A DNA stretch of 60,027 bases, filler included, from Catajapyx aquilonaris (GCA_000934665.2; 2 parts of 2 records of this genome joined end to end with filler, not necessarily neighbours in it), one strand, 5' to 3'; positions 11,963 to 24,396 are shown, counted from the first letter of the whole stretch. Notes: generated by a model not told the origin, from the letters alone. Made by a program: numbers and translations.

Positions 11963-13442
11963 ATGTCTTTGATCCTGAGGATAAAGAGGGAGGAAGAGGC
12001 GGAGGAGGACATCACAGTGGACGAGGAGAGCTGGAGGCTGCCCTTATTGAAGGAGGAGACCCCTTCTTCCTTTGATGGTGGCTCGACCACTCTAATGGAA
12101 GACACTCTCCGCGAGGAAGCAGAGGTGGAGGAGGAAGAAATGGTGGTGGCCATGCCTACGGTGGTTGAAGATGAGGACGACCCTTTGGCAGTTGGATCAG
12201 GAAGGATTAGTGGGGTATGTGAGCTACTGAAATTGCAACTGAAGATGTTTTGGGCATACTTAATCAATCACTTGGTTCCCCTTGAAACGTCTTGGACACT
12301 AACTGTTTGACCTAGCTTTGACCTTGATACAATAGATATAATTATTTTCTCATTTCAACATTCATTTTAGTTGCACTGACATTTTGTGATTGCCCAGTCT
12401 GATAATCTGTCAGACAACTTCTTGAGCATTTATAATATAAGGTGCTTTCCAAATGACCAAAGCACGTAGAGTTACACTACGCACACAGCAAATAGAAATT
12501 GATTTACTGTAAATCTTTTTCCAGGTTATTCAAGTGAAAACTGATGACGGAGTTGAAGAGAAAGGGATCCAAGAGGAAAAGAACAGGGGAATATGTGATG
12601 GAAGAATTCTATTTGAGTGCAGAATATGCAATATTAAATTTGGTACCCGGGTTGATTTGCAAATTCACATGATACCTCATAAAGAAGGGAAATACTGCCA
12701 CATTTGCCAGAAAACACTTTCGACTCCGAGTTGTTTGAAAAAGCACATGCGAATTCATACAGGAGACAAACCATTCACTTGTGAGCTGTGCCGGAAAAGA
12801 TTTTCTGATGCAAGTAATATGAAAAAACACTTGAAAACCCATTCCGGAGAAAAACCATCTATTTGTGAGGTGTGCCAGCGAAGGTTCTCTGATAAATTTA
12901 AGTTGAAAGCCCATATGCGAATTCACACAGGTGAGACACCATTTATTTGTGAGGTGTGCCAGGAAGAATTCCGTTATGCAATACAGTTGAAAACTCACGT
13001 GCGAATTCATACCGGAGAAAACCCCTACATTTGTGAGGTGTGCCAAAAAAAATTCGATCGTCCATATAATTTGAAAAAGCACATGCAAATTCATACGGGG
13101 GAGAAGCCTTACGTTTGTGAGGTCTGCCAGGAAAATTTTCGTCATTCACGTGATTTGAAAGCTCACCTGCGAGTTCATACAGGAGAAAGACCACATATTT
13201 GTGAAGTGTGCCATAAAGAATTCCGTGATGCATATCGTTTGAAAACTCACATGCGAGTTCATACAGGGGAGATGCCATATTTTTGTGAGATATGCCAGAA
13301 AAACTTTCGTGTTTCAGGTAATTTGAAAACTCACATGCGCATTCATACAGGAGAAAAACCATATGTTTGTGAGGTATGCCAGAAAGAATTTCGTCATTCA
13401 CATCATTTGAACAGTCATATGCAAATTCATACAGGGGAGTAA
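11963..13442 (+). CDS. C2H2 zinc-finger gene U3 (~389 aa, 10 fingers)
   Basis: Exons 11963-12214 and 12525-13442; canonical phase-0 splice sites, open frame. Confidence 0.88.
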
Positions 13443-13779
13443 CCATATTATTTTGACAGGAAAAACTTTGTGGTGCTCCCATCAACACGCAATACCTTGG
13501 GAACGAGGCAATAATTGAACAATGTCAACAATGATTAATTGTTGTTGTTTACATCACCATGGAAGCAGGCTGTGCAGAGAACAAGTTGCCCTAAAAATAA
13601 TCAATTCATTCTGGTGGTAGGTTTCTCTTGAGCTGGACTGACCACCACACCTAGTTCCAGCAGCCAGAACCCGTGCTGCTTCTTCATGCCTCGAGGCAAG
13701 TGCATTTGTAACAATGTGACACTCTCAGGAGGAATATGTACTCGGTAGTGTAACCTCACAAAATATTGTAATTGCACAG

Positions 13780-14412
13780 GAAGGAAGCGTTCGGTGGGTG
13801 CAAGCCAGTCGGAGAAGAAGAATGTGCTGAAGAAGAAAAAGGAGAATGTGCTGAAGAAGAAGAAGAAGAAGAAGGAGAATGTGCTGAAGGAGGGGAAGGA
13901 TGTGCTGGAGAAGAGCGTCAACCAAAATGATCACCAGCCCTCTTCTGCCTCCCTTCCTACAGCTGTGTCTCCATCCCTCTCACCTTCCACTTCCTCCGCA
14001 GTAGCAGAAGCACCTGCTCTGGCAACACATGCTGAGGAAGAAAAGGCGACGCTGGAAGGAGGTGGTGGGATGGACGAAGATGACGATAGCATGCCTGATT
14101 TAACATTAGACCCTACAGCAGACTACCTGGACTGGACCTACGACCCAGACGGACCCAGATATTGCCTGTGCAACCAGGTCTCCTACGGGGACATGGTTTC
14201 ATGCGACAATGACGATGTAAGTATCCATTATTTTGATGTCCGGATCATAAGATCTATAACAACTCATTGTTGTTGTTGTTTTAAAAACATTCCAGTGCCC
14301 ATTCGAGTGGTTCCATTACTCCTGCATGGGAATCACTCACCCTCCGAAAGGAAAATGGTATTGCCCGCAGTGCTCATCCGCCTGGAAGCGGAGACGAGCC
14401 AGCCGAAAGTGA
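13780..14412 (+). pseudogene. ING3: ING3-like 3' gene fragment with an intact PHD finger; N-terminal ING domain not found
   Basis: Exons 13780-14216 and 14296-14412 (GT-AG intron) give DWTYDPDGPRYCLCNQVSYGDMVSCDNDD|CPFEWFHYSCMGITHPPKGKWYCPQCSSAWKRRRASRK*, matching the ING3 C-terminus as I recall it. Identity is confident; functional status is not. Confidence 0.75.
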
Positions 14413-14552
14413 ACCAAATATCATCTTCTCAGTGTTCATTGTTTCCAGGGTTTTTGTGCGTTTAATATGATTTTTAAAAAAATACACTCAGGAAATTACT
14501 GTTTTATTGATTAAAACATTTTTTTTTTGCACACAGCAGCAGTTCAGAAATG

Positions 14553-14686
14553 GTAGCTGCGATTTCAGAGTAGAGTGATAGCGCATAAGCCCGTCCTTCC
14601 ACTTTCTCGGGTGTGGTGGTAGGAACGCACCCTAATTTGCATAAAAAAAAGAAAGAAAAGAAAATCGATGAATCAAGATGGCCGAC
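14553..14686 (+). promoter_or_regulatory. Conserved ZNF promoter module, U4
   Basis: GTAGCTGCGA...TAGCGCATAAGCCCGTCC...GGTAGGAACGCACCC...CAAGATGGCCGAC; non-coding exon donor GG|GTGAGT at 14798. Confidence 0.65.
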
Positions 14687-14858
14687 CATCTCTTGCGAAG
14701 GTTCCAGGACCTCTAATTCTTTTCGGACACGTCTCATTCTGTTCGATCGTCTTCAGTTGGTCACTCAGGCAGAGGGTGACAAGGAAGAAGAAGAAGGGTG
14801 AGTAGGATGAAGGGCGGTGGCCCATCATAGTGACTTGACCTCATGTGTTTGCAGAACC

Positions 14859-17552
14859 ATGTCGGTGGCGGTGTGGATAAAAGAGGAACGGGTGGAGGAA
14901 GGTGAAGAGGAGGATGGTGGGACCTGGCAGATGCCCTTGAAGGAGCAGACCCCACCTTCTGATGACAGTGACACGACGCTTATGGATGGCACGATGACCG
15001 AGATCAAGCAGGAGCCGGCCGAGGAAGAAGAGATGGAGGTGGCCATGCCCAGCGTGGTTGAAGATGATCCTTTGGCAATTAGGTCCGGAAGGAATTGTGG
15101 GGTATGTAATATCTGCTGAAATACCGAAGCAGTTTGGAGTAGGGGATACGGTGTCCGACTGCTAAATCGGGAGGTCCTGGGATCAAATCCCGGGGCCAGC
15201 AACTCTGACCGTGGTGTTTTGTGGTTTCCCACGGTCCTTCCAGGAAAATTCCGGAGTTGCTTCCATAATTAATAGGCCACAGCCGCTTCCTTCCGTCCCT
15301 ATCCTATCCCAAAAAGCGCAGTAAAATGAAAGCAAAGAGTTCCAGGCAAAACAAAAACTTCCCGCCTAAAGAGCCGATAGGCTGATAACGGGGTGTGAAT
15401 TATTATTATTATTATATCTGCTGAAATTGCAATATAGTTTTACCAGCGAGCATATACTGCATAAGAGGCGCAAACTTCTGTTTGATGTTCGCGTCTCTCT
15501 GTTTGGGGCCGTTGCGAAGGCTGGAGGCCATCTTGAATTGTGTGGAACGCCAACGAGGTATAAATAGGACACAGGCAAAAATAGGGTCCGCCATCTTTGA
15601 TGGTTTAGGTGGCCATGGCAACTGCACGGCAAGAACACGGGCGAATCAAAGATGGCGGACCCTATTTTTTTGCCTGTACCGTATTTATACCTCGTTGGCG
15701 TTGCCCACACTTCAAGATGGCCGCCAGCCTTGGCAACGGCCCCAAACAGAGAGACGCGAAAATCGAATGTTTGCGCCTTTTAGTATGTAGTATATCGTCG
15801 GCCGGCGATCAAAACCTCGTAACTCCTCAAGACCAAATTTTACAGGAGGGACAAAAAACATTTTGTAAAATTATGTTTTCTGTTCATGCTGACAATTATT
15901 CCTACAGTATAGCATAACGTAAACCTTACCTTTCATGAGGATGATGTTGAATTCATGTACACCGTTGCAAAGTTGTGCAAAGGGACTTACGAGGTACGTT
16001 CCATTTTCGCACAAAATGGAGTTACGAGGTTTTGATCGCCGGCCGACGATATGCTCCCTGGTTTTACTGAATGAATTGCAACATGTAGCAGTATGGATTT
16101 CGTACAGTACAGTACAGTTCCTGTGCAACCTCATGGGTCTTATAGGAAACTCAACCTTTGATGTCCGTGGATATGTAGGACAACTTCTTGCCCTTCTATA
16201 ATAAGAGACATATTTCAAATGACTAGAGAAGGTGGAAAGTTTCACACTATCCACAGTGCAAAATAGCAATTGATGTACTGTACTTTATTTTGCAGGTCAT
16301 GCAAGTGAGAAGTGATGGCAGAGTAGAAGAGAAAGGGATCCAGGAGGAAAGGAACAGGGGAATATGTGATGGAAGCAATGAGTTGTATTGCGGAATATGC
16401 CAGATATTATTTGATACCATGCATGATTTGAATGTTCACATTGTAACTAATAGTGAAAATAATTGCTGCCATATTTGCCAGAAAAAATTAAGTGACTCGC
16501 GTAGTTTGAAAGGTCATATCCGAATTCACACAGGAGAAAAACCGTTTATTTGTGAGGTGTGCCAGAAAGGTTTTTGCGATGCAAGTAATTTGAAAAAGCA
16601 CATGCAAATTCATACAAGAGAAAAACCATTTGTTTGTGAGGTTTGCCTGAAACAATTTCGTGATGCAAGTCGTTTCAAAACTCACATGCGTATTCACACA
16701 GGAGAAAAACCATTTCCTTGTGAGGTGTGCCAGAAGAATTTTCGGGACTCCGGTAATTTGAAGTCTCACATGCTAATTCATACAGGAGAGAAACCATACA
16801 GCTGTGAGGTGTGCCAGAAAAAATTCCGTATTTCTAGTCATTTGAAAACTCACATGCAAATTCATACAGGAGAAAAACCTTTTATTTGTGAGGTGTGCCA
16901 GAAAAAGTTTCGTGATTCAAGTGGTTTGAACATTCATATGCGAATTCACACAGGAGAGAGACCATTTATTTGTGATGTGTGTCAGAAGGAATTTCGCGAT
17001 CCAAATAGTTTGAAAACTCATATGCGAATTCATACAGCAGAAAAACCATTTGTTTGTGAGGTGTGTCAGAAACAATTTCGTGATTTATCTCAGTGGCAAT
17101 ATCATATGCGAATTCACACAGGAGAGCAGCCATTTGTTTGTGAGGTGTGCCAGAAGAGATTTCGTGGTTCATCTCAGTTGAAAACTCACATGCAAACTCA
17201 CACAGGAGAAAAACCATTTGCTTGTGAGGTGTGCCAGAAAAAATTCCGTGATTCGCACAATTTGAATACTCACATGCGAATTCATACAGGAGAGAAACCA
17301 TTAATTTGTGAGGTGTGCCAGAAAAAATTCCGTGATCCAAGTAGTTTGAAAACTCACATGCGCAGTCACACAGGAGAAAGACCATTTACTTGTGAGGTCT
17401 GCCAGAAAAATTTTCGTGATCCAAGTAATTTAAAAGCTCACATGCGAATTCATTCGGGAGAAAAACCATTTGTTTGTGATGTATGTCAAAAAGAATATCG
17501 TTATTCAAGTCATTTGAAAACTCACATGCGAATTCATACAAGCGATGCTTGA
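14859..17552 (+). CDS. C2H2 zinc-finger gene U4 (~499 aa, 1 degenerate + 13 fingers)
   Basis: Exons 14859-15101 and 16296-17552; phase 0, open frame. Confidence 0.88.
15123..15413 (+). mobile_element. tRNA-derived SINE with (ATT)n tail
   Basis: 14-bp TSD ATATCTGCTGAAAT (15109-15122, 15414-15427). tRNA-like head with B-box-like GGATCAAATCC. Absent at this intron position in paralogs. Confidence 0.85.
15435..16070. mobile_element. Foldback element (~165-bp arms), right arm interrupted by a MITE
   Basis: 15451-15601 pairs with 15645-15794; the arm resumes after 16051 (TGCTCCCTGG vs CCAGCGAGCA). Confidence 0.75.
15795..16049. mobile_element. MITE with perfect 32-bp TIRs, TA TSD
   Basis: TCGTCGGCCGGCGATCAAAACCTCGTAACTCC and its exact reverse complement at 16018-16049; TA on both sides. 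Confidence 0.88.
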
Positions 17553-17998
17553 TGCATGCCAGATAATATTTTGCATATCAATTAATTTGAAACTCATCGG
17601 AATTCACACACTAGTGAAACCAATTATTTTCGCCTTGCCATAAATTTTTTTTGTAATCCATGTAATTGGAAACCTCATATGCTAAATCTTAAAGACAGGC
17701 ACATCATGATTGTGAAGTTTGTCAAAAGTAATTTAGTAAGACATAGAGTGGAATGTCATGGTAAGTGTGCAAACAACAAAAAAAAACCATACAGTTGCCG
17801 TATTTGCAATGAAAGGATTAGCCTGTTACGGAGTCTGAAAACTCATGTGAGACTGTGCAAGTGGAAATTGATGTATGTGAAAAAGTTTATCGACTGAGAT
17901 GATTTCTATAATCACTTTGACAACCCACATTTTTGCAGCTCTTGGCATAAATAACATCCCATCAACATGTATGGTTGTCTGGTCAGCCTGATATTAAT

Positions 17999-18150
17999 GG
18001 GGCCGTGCAGACGGGCCAAGCTTGCCCTTGCCAACTTCCAGGAAGGTGGCCCGTGCCCTGGCCATGGCGTTGCTAGGGGGCCCCTAGGACGGTGTGAACT
18101 GTCGCGGCCGTGGCCAGCCGCGGCTAAGCTTGGCCCGTCTGCACGGCCCC
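17999..18150. mobile_element. GC-rich MITE, PIF/Harbinger-like
   Basis: Perfect 25-bp TIR GGGGCCGTGCAGACGGGCCAAGCTT, 3-bp AAT TSD. Empty site in the duplicated copy at ~23678. Confidence 0.88.
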
Positions 18151-18658
18151 AATGTGATGTTGATTACTGTGCAAGAGGTGTCCATATTTCAAATGGAGTA
18201 TGTTCTAAAGTCCCTTAATTTTCGACTTAATTTGCCCATGTCAGGCTTTGAATAATACAAAAAGGGAAGCATTGCCTCAGTGTGAAACAATATTAAATTA
18301 ACCAGTGAAAGTGCTACATATTATCATGGTGATATACTGTAGTGTTAGTTTCAAACCCATGAAAAATGCACGCATAAATAACCTGTACAGGATAAGGTCA
18401 GATGTTTTAAATCACAGTTTTTAATTTAATTTACAATAATATATCAGGGTTGCACATGTGATTCATTTACACTCCACATAACAGTGCGACATTGTTGTGT
18501 TGTACTCTGTAGATTAGAAGCAAAATTTTTAATTTTAGGAATGCATATTTGGATAAAGGGATTCACTATCTGGTCAATTGTACAGGATGTGGAAGAAGAA
18601 AATAAATAAATGTAGTGAATGATTAATGAAGATAATAATTATGAGCGGTTATTCACCA

Positions 18659-18785
18659 GCAGCGGCGACTTGTGAGGAAGGAATAGCGGTTACTCACACG
18701 CGTCTCTGAGTGGCGGTGACGGGAATGCACCCCAAAGAGTGTGAGAGAAAAAAAGAAAAAAATCGGTGAAACTAAGATGGCATCT
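18659..18785 (+). promoter_or_regulatory. Conserved ZNF promoter module, U5 (near-identical to U6)
   Basis: GCAGCGGCGAC...TAGCGG...GGCGGTGACGGGAATGCACCC...AAGATGGCATC. Confidence 0.6.
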
Positions 18786-18958
18786 GAGAGTCCTTTGAAT
18801 TGAACTCATCTGGACCAGATTCATCACTTTAGAGGAAGGAAGGTGAGTGGTCCTTGTCTGATTCGATTTGCCCACACCACAGAGAAAATGCTCCTCCTCT
18901 TCAGCCGCCATGCGCTGGACATGATTGCATGACCTCCACTCTTTGTGTTTGCAGGACC

Positions 18959-20529
18959 ATGGCGCAGGCAGTGTGGATTAAGACGGAAGAGACGGAGGAA
19001 GGGGAAGATGGAACAATCACAGTGGAGGAGACCTGGCAGTTGCCTTTGAAGGAGGAGACCCCTTCCTGCTTCGATGAGGACTCTACGCTCATACAAGACA
19101 CCCTTCGTGACATCAAGAAGGAGGAAGAAGCGGAGGAGGAGGCAGAGATGACCCTGTCTGGGGTGGTTGAAGATGAAGATGACCCTTTGGCAGTTGGTTC
19201 TGGAAGGATTAGTCAGGTATGTAATGTGCATGATGATGATGATGATGATTATTATTATTATGAAGTGACCACCTCCGCCCGGGACGCTCATCTCGAAGGA
19301 ATACACGGAACGGCGCATGTCAAGTATATGGGACATTCGCAGAATCAATTAGGAAACAGTACCTGCGGCTTGCCTACCCTTTGATTCGTTGTTTTGCTTC
19401 TGGGTTTGAAGTCGGGGAAGTGACCAGGGACCCTGGAATTAATTCCTCAAGTTGGACCAGAATGCAGGTGGAATCATTGTATCCCTCAGTTCGAATCGTA
19501 AGTTGCCATGTTACAAACAAACATTCCAGCTTAAGAAAGCGTTAAGCAACAATGAAAATCTGGAAAGTTTATCGTTAATCTGCATATAGCGATGCGGCGG
19601 GGTTGGGTGTGCTGGGAAGGAGGTGGCAAATTTAAATGCTGCGATGGTTGCTGCAGAACGACATGAGGTCACACCAGCCGTGTTTTCTGAGCATGTGCAG
19701 TAGTATGTCTGCAGAGTGAGTCGTGAACATGATTGGAGGGGAGAGTAGGGTGGAGGCGGGCGGATCGTCATGTCGCATGTAGTTAGTTGGTTTAACGGAC
19801 TCTGTGGAGGTAAATTTCGCGCTTGACAAAGCCACAATAACGTTCGTTGGCCTGCGGTGCACAATGAGGACTGCATTGTTGGCGGATACAGAAACCCACA
19901 ATAAGTTCCCAGCTTCGCCACAACAACGGACAGTACTGTGCCTGGCAGGTCCACAACAACGGACAGTACTGTGCCTGGCAGGTCCACAACAACGGACAGT
20001 ACTGTTGCGGTTACAAAAAGTCATACAGCATCACCAAGACAAAGTGCTATTCCAAGCTATAATCACCTCAAAATCTGTACCGATCTGAAGAGGCTATTCG
20101 TAACCTAGCAACTTGCGATTCGAACTGAGAGATAACAATTAGGATGACAATGATCCCATCTGCATTCTGGTCCAACTTGAGGAATTAATTCCGGGGTCCC
20201 TGGTCACTTCCCGGACTTCAAACCCAGAAGCAAAACAACGAATCAAAGGGTAGGCAAGCCGCAGGTACTGTTTCCTAATTGATTCGGCGAATGTCCGTAT
20301 ACTTGACTTCAGCCCACGGAACTCCAACTAACACACGTCTATTCTTCTCTGAAACGTATATACACACAGCTGGCAGGACCCACACTCGGGACACAGCCAC
20401 GACAGACATCTGACCAGGACGACGTCTCACTCAGAACTCTCTATTCCAAACAAACCCCTGGACACCAAAATAACATAAATAGTTCAGCGTCCAGGCAACG
20501 ATCAACGATCCTGTTTCCAGGATGCTACA

Positions 20530-20597
<68 letters not shown>

Positions 20598-23222
20598 CAG
20601 CACCGGAGACTCATTTTTACACAGATTTTACATATTTTTATATGGTTTTTGTATATTTATATGTGTGTATTGTGCGTGTGTTTGTGTATCTGTATGTATT
20701 CATGTCATCCTTTTCATTATCATCCTATTCATTATATCCTCTGCGTGGCCTGACCAGTCACCAGAGGATTCATTATACTGGTCGTTCGAGATGGCCAGGT
20801 GGACTGTAAGGCCTACCTGGTCATCGCTGGTAACCCCATCTTGATGGGAATATGCCGTGAATGTATGTATGTATGTATTATTATTATTATTGTGTGAATA
20901 GTGAATGTCTATGACTAAGTAAGTGTGACACAGAAGTGCTACTAAAGAAACGCACGTTACTACCTTATTTAATCCTGGAACCGTGACGTGGGGTCTTTTA
21001 GGACCCCAAAGGAATTAAAGTGCATTAATAAAATGATAATTACAAGGAACATGTGCTATTTTTTAAAAGTATAAAAGGTGTTTATTGTAACTCTGCAAAG
21101 ACTTTCAGGGTAATAGAGGGGACCAAAACATAGTGCCTCTCGCGTGACGCGTCTGAGCGCACCCGTTCCTTGTCTATGAACCCCCTCTAGATGGCGTTTC
21201 CAGACATGGTTTCCTGTGTCAAATATGTTTGTCTTGGTCCCCTTTATTACCCCTACAAGTTTGTCGATTGAATTCATTTACACCCTGTATAAACATTAAT
21301 AAAAATAAAAATAGTGAGGTCCTAAAAGACCCCACGGCGTGGTTAATGTAACTTTCAGGCACGTCACGGTTCCAGTGTCTAAAATATCAGCAATGCAGAT
21401 TGTTATATAAAACATAAACATCATTATATTGGTGTGGATTTTCTGTCGATTACTTTAAGGCAACTCAGAAGGCGGGTCACGAATAAATGCAGAGGATGTA
21501 CAGAGGGTAATTGAGGGGTGTGGGGGAAAAACATGATAACTGACAAAGGTGTAATATTTCAGGAGAGCGAATTGAAGTTTGCATTTCGTTAACAAATCAT
21601 AGGGAATGCTGGTTTTAATCTAGTTCGTGTGGCCGTCCTGTGCATGATACATGAACTTGGAGTATACCAAACTGTTTGGCATGTCTTATACGTAGTTGCT
21701 AGGTGATTAGGTCAAAAATGACGAAAATGTCAGTTATCATGTTTTTCCCCCACACCCCCCAATTTATAGCCTACCAAAGATGTTTGAGATAACTGCAAGT
21801 GCGGAAAAAACCAGCTGACTGCCCAGGTTGTTGCATGTTGTATTGCTTTTACATGTACCTGATCCACAAACCTTACTAAATAAGGGCCTGCCCAGAGATG
21901 TATTAGTTTCTACCCTGATCAAGAGTCAAGAACTGAATCTGGCCACCACTTGTAAAATTGAAACAATCCATTTGCTGGAAATGCGATTCATACAGCTATT
22001 CTTACCCACTCGTTGGGCTTATACGTATAATTTTTGAGCTCCCGACCTTATGTGTGACATGTCCGAAACAAGTCTAGAGATTTCACACAATCCTAATTGC
22101 ATAAGAGAAATTGATTCACTGTAATTCACCTTCCAGGACATGCAAGTGACAACTGAAGATGCTGCAGAAGAGAATGGGATCCAGGAGGAAAGGAACGAGC
22201 GAATAAGTTGCGAAAGAAATCCATTTGATTGCGGAAAATGCCTGATCACATTTGGTACCCTGGATGATTTGAATGATCACATGATATCTCAGAGTGAGAA
22301 TAATTGCTGCCATGTTTGCCAGAAAAAATTCAAAAATTCAGGTCATTTGAAAAAGCACTTCAGAATTCACACAGGAGAGAGGCCATTTATTTGTGAGGTG
22401 TGCCAGGAAAAATTTCGTGATCCATACCATTTGAAGACTCACATGCGAATTCATACAGGAGAGAAACCATTCATATGTGAGCTGTGCCAGAAAACATATC
22501 GTGTTTCTAGTCATTTGAAAATTCACATGCGGAGTCATACTGGAGAAAAACCATTTCCTTGTGAGGTGTGCCAGAAGAATTTTGGGGACTCTGGTAATTT
22601 GAAGTCTCACATGCTAATTCATACAGGAGAGAAACCATACAGCTGTGAGGTATGCCAGAAAAAATTTCGCCTTTCTGGTCATATGAAAACTCATATGCAA
22701 ATTCATACAGGAGAAAAACCATTGATTTGTGAGGTGTGCCAGAAAAGGTTTCGTGATTCAAGTGGTTTGAATATTCACATGCGAATTCACACAGGAGAAA
22801 AACCATTTGCTTGTGAGGTGTGCCAGAAAAAATTCCGCGATTCGCACAATTTGAATACTCACATACGAATTCATACAGGTGAGAAACTATTAATTTGTGA
22901 GGTATGCCAGAAAAAATTCAGTGAATCAGCGAAGTTGAAAAACCACATGCGAATTCATACAGGAGAGAGACCATTTAGTTGTGAGGTCTGCCAGAAAGAT
23001 TTCTGTGATCCAAGTAATTTAAAAGCTCACATGCGAATTCATACAGGAGAGAGACCATTTAGTTGTGAGGTCTGCCAGAAAAATTTCAGTGATCCAAGAG
23101 TTTTAAAAGCTCACGTGCGAATTCATTCAGGAGAAAAACCATTTGTTTGTGATGTATGTCAAAAAGAATATTGTTATTCCAGTCATTTGAAAACTCACAT
23201 GCGAATTCACACAAGCGAGTAA
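18959..23222 (+). CDS. C2H2 zinc-finger gene U5 (~447 aa, 1 degenerate + 11 fingers), recombinant
   Basis: Exons 18959-19216 and 22137-23222; phase 0, open frame. Confidence 0.87.
19261..20529. mobile_element. Possible solo LTR (TG...CA), split by the 19312-20314 element
   Basis: ATTA|TGAAGTGACC...GATGCTACA|ATTA. The TSD lies in a microsatellite, so it is weak evidence. Absent from the U7 intron. Confidence 0.4.
19312..20314. mobile_element. Non-autonomous DNA transposon, ~200-bp TIRs, 8-bp TSD (Merlin/Mutator-like)
   Basis: TSD CACGGAAC (19304-19311, 20315-20322); GGC...GCC termini. 19312-19515 pairs with ~20098-20314. Internal 33-bp tandem repeat at ~19918-20004. Confidence 0.85.
20530..20597. 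repeat. (TTA)n microsatellite
   Basis: Directly visible. Confidence 0.95.
20973..21378. mobile_element. TIR element, possibly piggyBac-like, hosting a CAGGGTG MITE
   Basis: CTGGAACCGTGACGTG / CACGTCACGGTTCCAG plus subterminal CGTGGGGTCTTTTAGGACC / GGTCCTAAAAGACCCCACG. TTAA on the left, CTAA on the right. Confidence 0.55.
21074..21287. mobile_element. Internally deleted CAGGGTG MITE with mixed subfamily ends
   Basis: Left end resembles 386; right end resembles 53-217 and 9198; TA on both sides. Confidence 0.8.
21513..21760. mobile_element. MITE with 33-bp TIRs and AATT TSD (Sola-like)
   Basis: GAGGGGTGTGGGGGAAAAACATGATAACTGACA, 32/33 match to the right end. Empty site GGGTAATTTATAGCC at ~28580-28594 in U7. 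Confidence 0.88.
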
Positions 23223-23982
23223 CCATTTCATTGCTTGATGCATGCCAGATAATATTTTGCATATCAATTAATTTGAAACTCATCGGAATTCACACACTTG
23301 AGAAACCAATTATTTTCGCCTCACCATAAATTATTTTTTTTAGTAATCCATGTGATTAGAAAACTCATATGCGAAATCTTAAAGACATGCACGTCATGAT
23401 TGTGAAGTAATTTAGCAAGGCAAAGAGAGTGGAATGTCATATAAGTATGCACACAGCAAAAAAACCATACAGTTGCCTTATTTGCAATAAAAGGATTGGC
23501 CTGTTACGGAGTCTGAAAACTCATGTGAGACTGCGCAAGTGAAAATTGATGTATGTGAAAAAGTTTATCAACTGACTGAGATGATTTCTATAATCACTTT
23601 GACAACCCACATTTTTGCAGCTCTTGGCATAACTAACGTCCCATCAACATGGATGGTTGTCTGGTCAGCCTGATATGAATGTGATGTTGATTACTGTGCA
23701 ACAGGTGTCCATATTCCAAATGGAGTATGTTCTAAAGTCCCATAATTGCCGACTTAATTTGCCCATGTCCGGCTTTGAATCATACAAAAAGGGAAACATT
23801 GCCTCAGTGTGAAACAATAGTGAAAGTGCTGCATATCATGGTGGTATATACTGTAGTGTAGTTTCAAACCCATGAAAAATGCACGCATAATTAACCTGTA
23901 CACAATAAGGTTGGATGTTTTAGATCACAGTTTTTAATTTAATAAACAATAATATATCAGGATTGCACATGTGATTCATTTA

Positions 23983-24068
<86 letters not shown>

Positions 24069-24396
24069 GGTATAGTGCCATACCGCATCTGAGGTTACGT
24101 ACGGACCTTTATTTGTCAAGATGGTACATTTAGTTTTGACAACGTAGAATGGCCCTTGGGCCAAGGGCAGGGTGACTGGGAGGGGATGTGCAGTGTGCAA
24201 GTGCAATGTCGTAGCTATGATCATTTTGTGAGCTCCCCTGGGTGGTTCGTCTGTCGGAAATCCCACCCTAGACGAAGCAGGAGATGACCCCGGACTCCGC
24301 ACGAGATGAAAGGGGGGAAAGCCCGGGCTTGGGATCGAACCCGGGACCCTTCCATCCGTGGGTGCGTGCGTTACCGCAGCGCCACTCCGCCTTCCC
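23983..24396 (-). mobile_element. tRNA-derived SINE with long (TTA)n tail
   Basis: 17-bp TSD CACATGTGATTCATTTA (23966-23982, 24397-24413). Minus strand has A box TGGCGCTGCGG and B box GGTTCGATCCC. Empty site at 18453-18469. Confidence 0.92.

Noticed and set aside
12214..13780. Direct splice of the U3 acidic exon to the ING3-like exon
   Set aside because: Donor is phase 0 and the 13780 acceptor needs phase 1, so the product would be out of frame.
20522..20809. Poly-Leu ORF (also poly-Tyr at 23976 and poly-Ile at 48967)
   Set aside because: Translations of (TTA)/(TAA) microsatellites.
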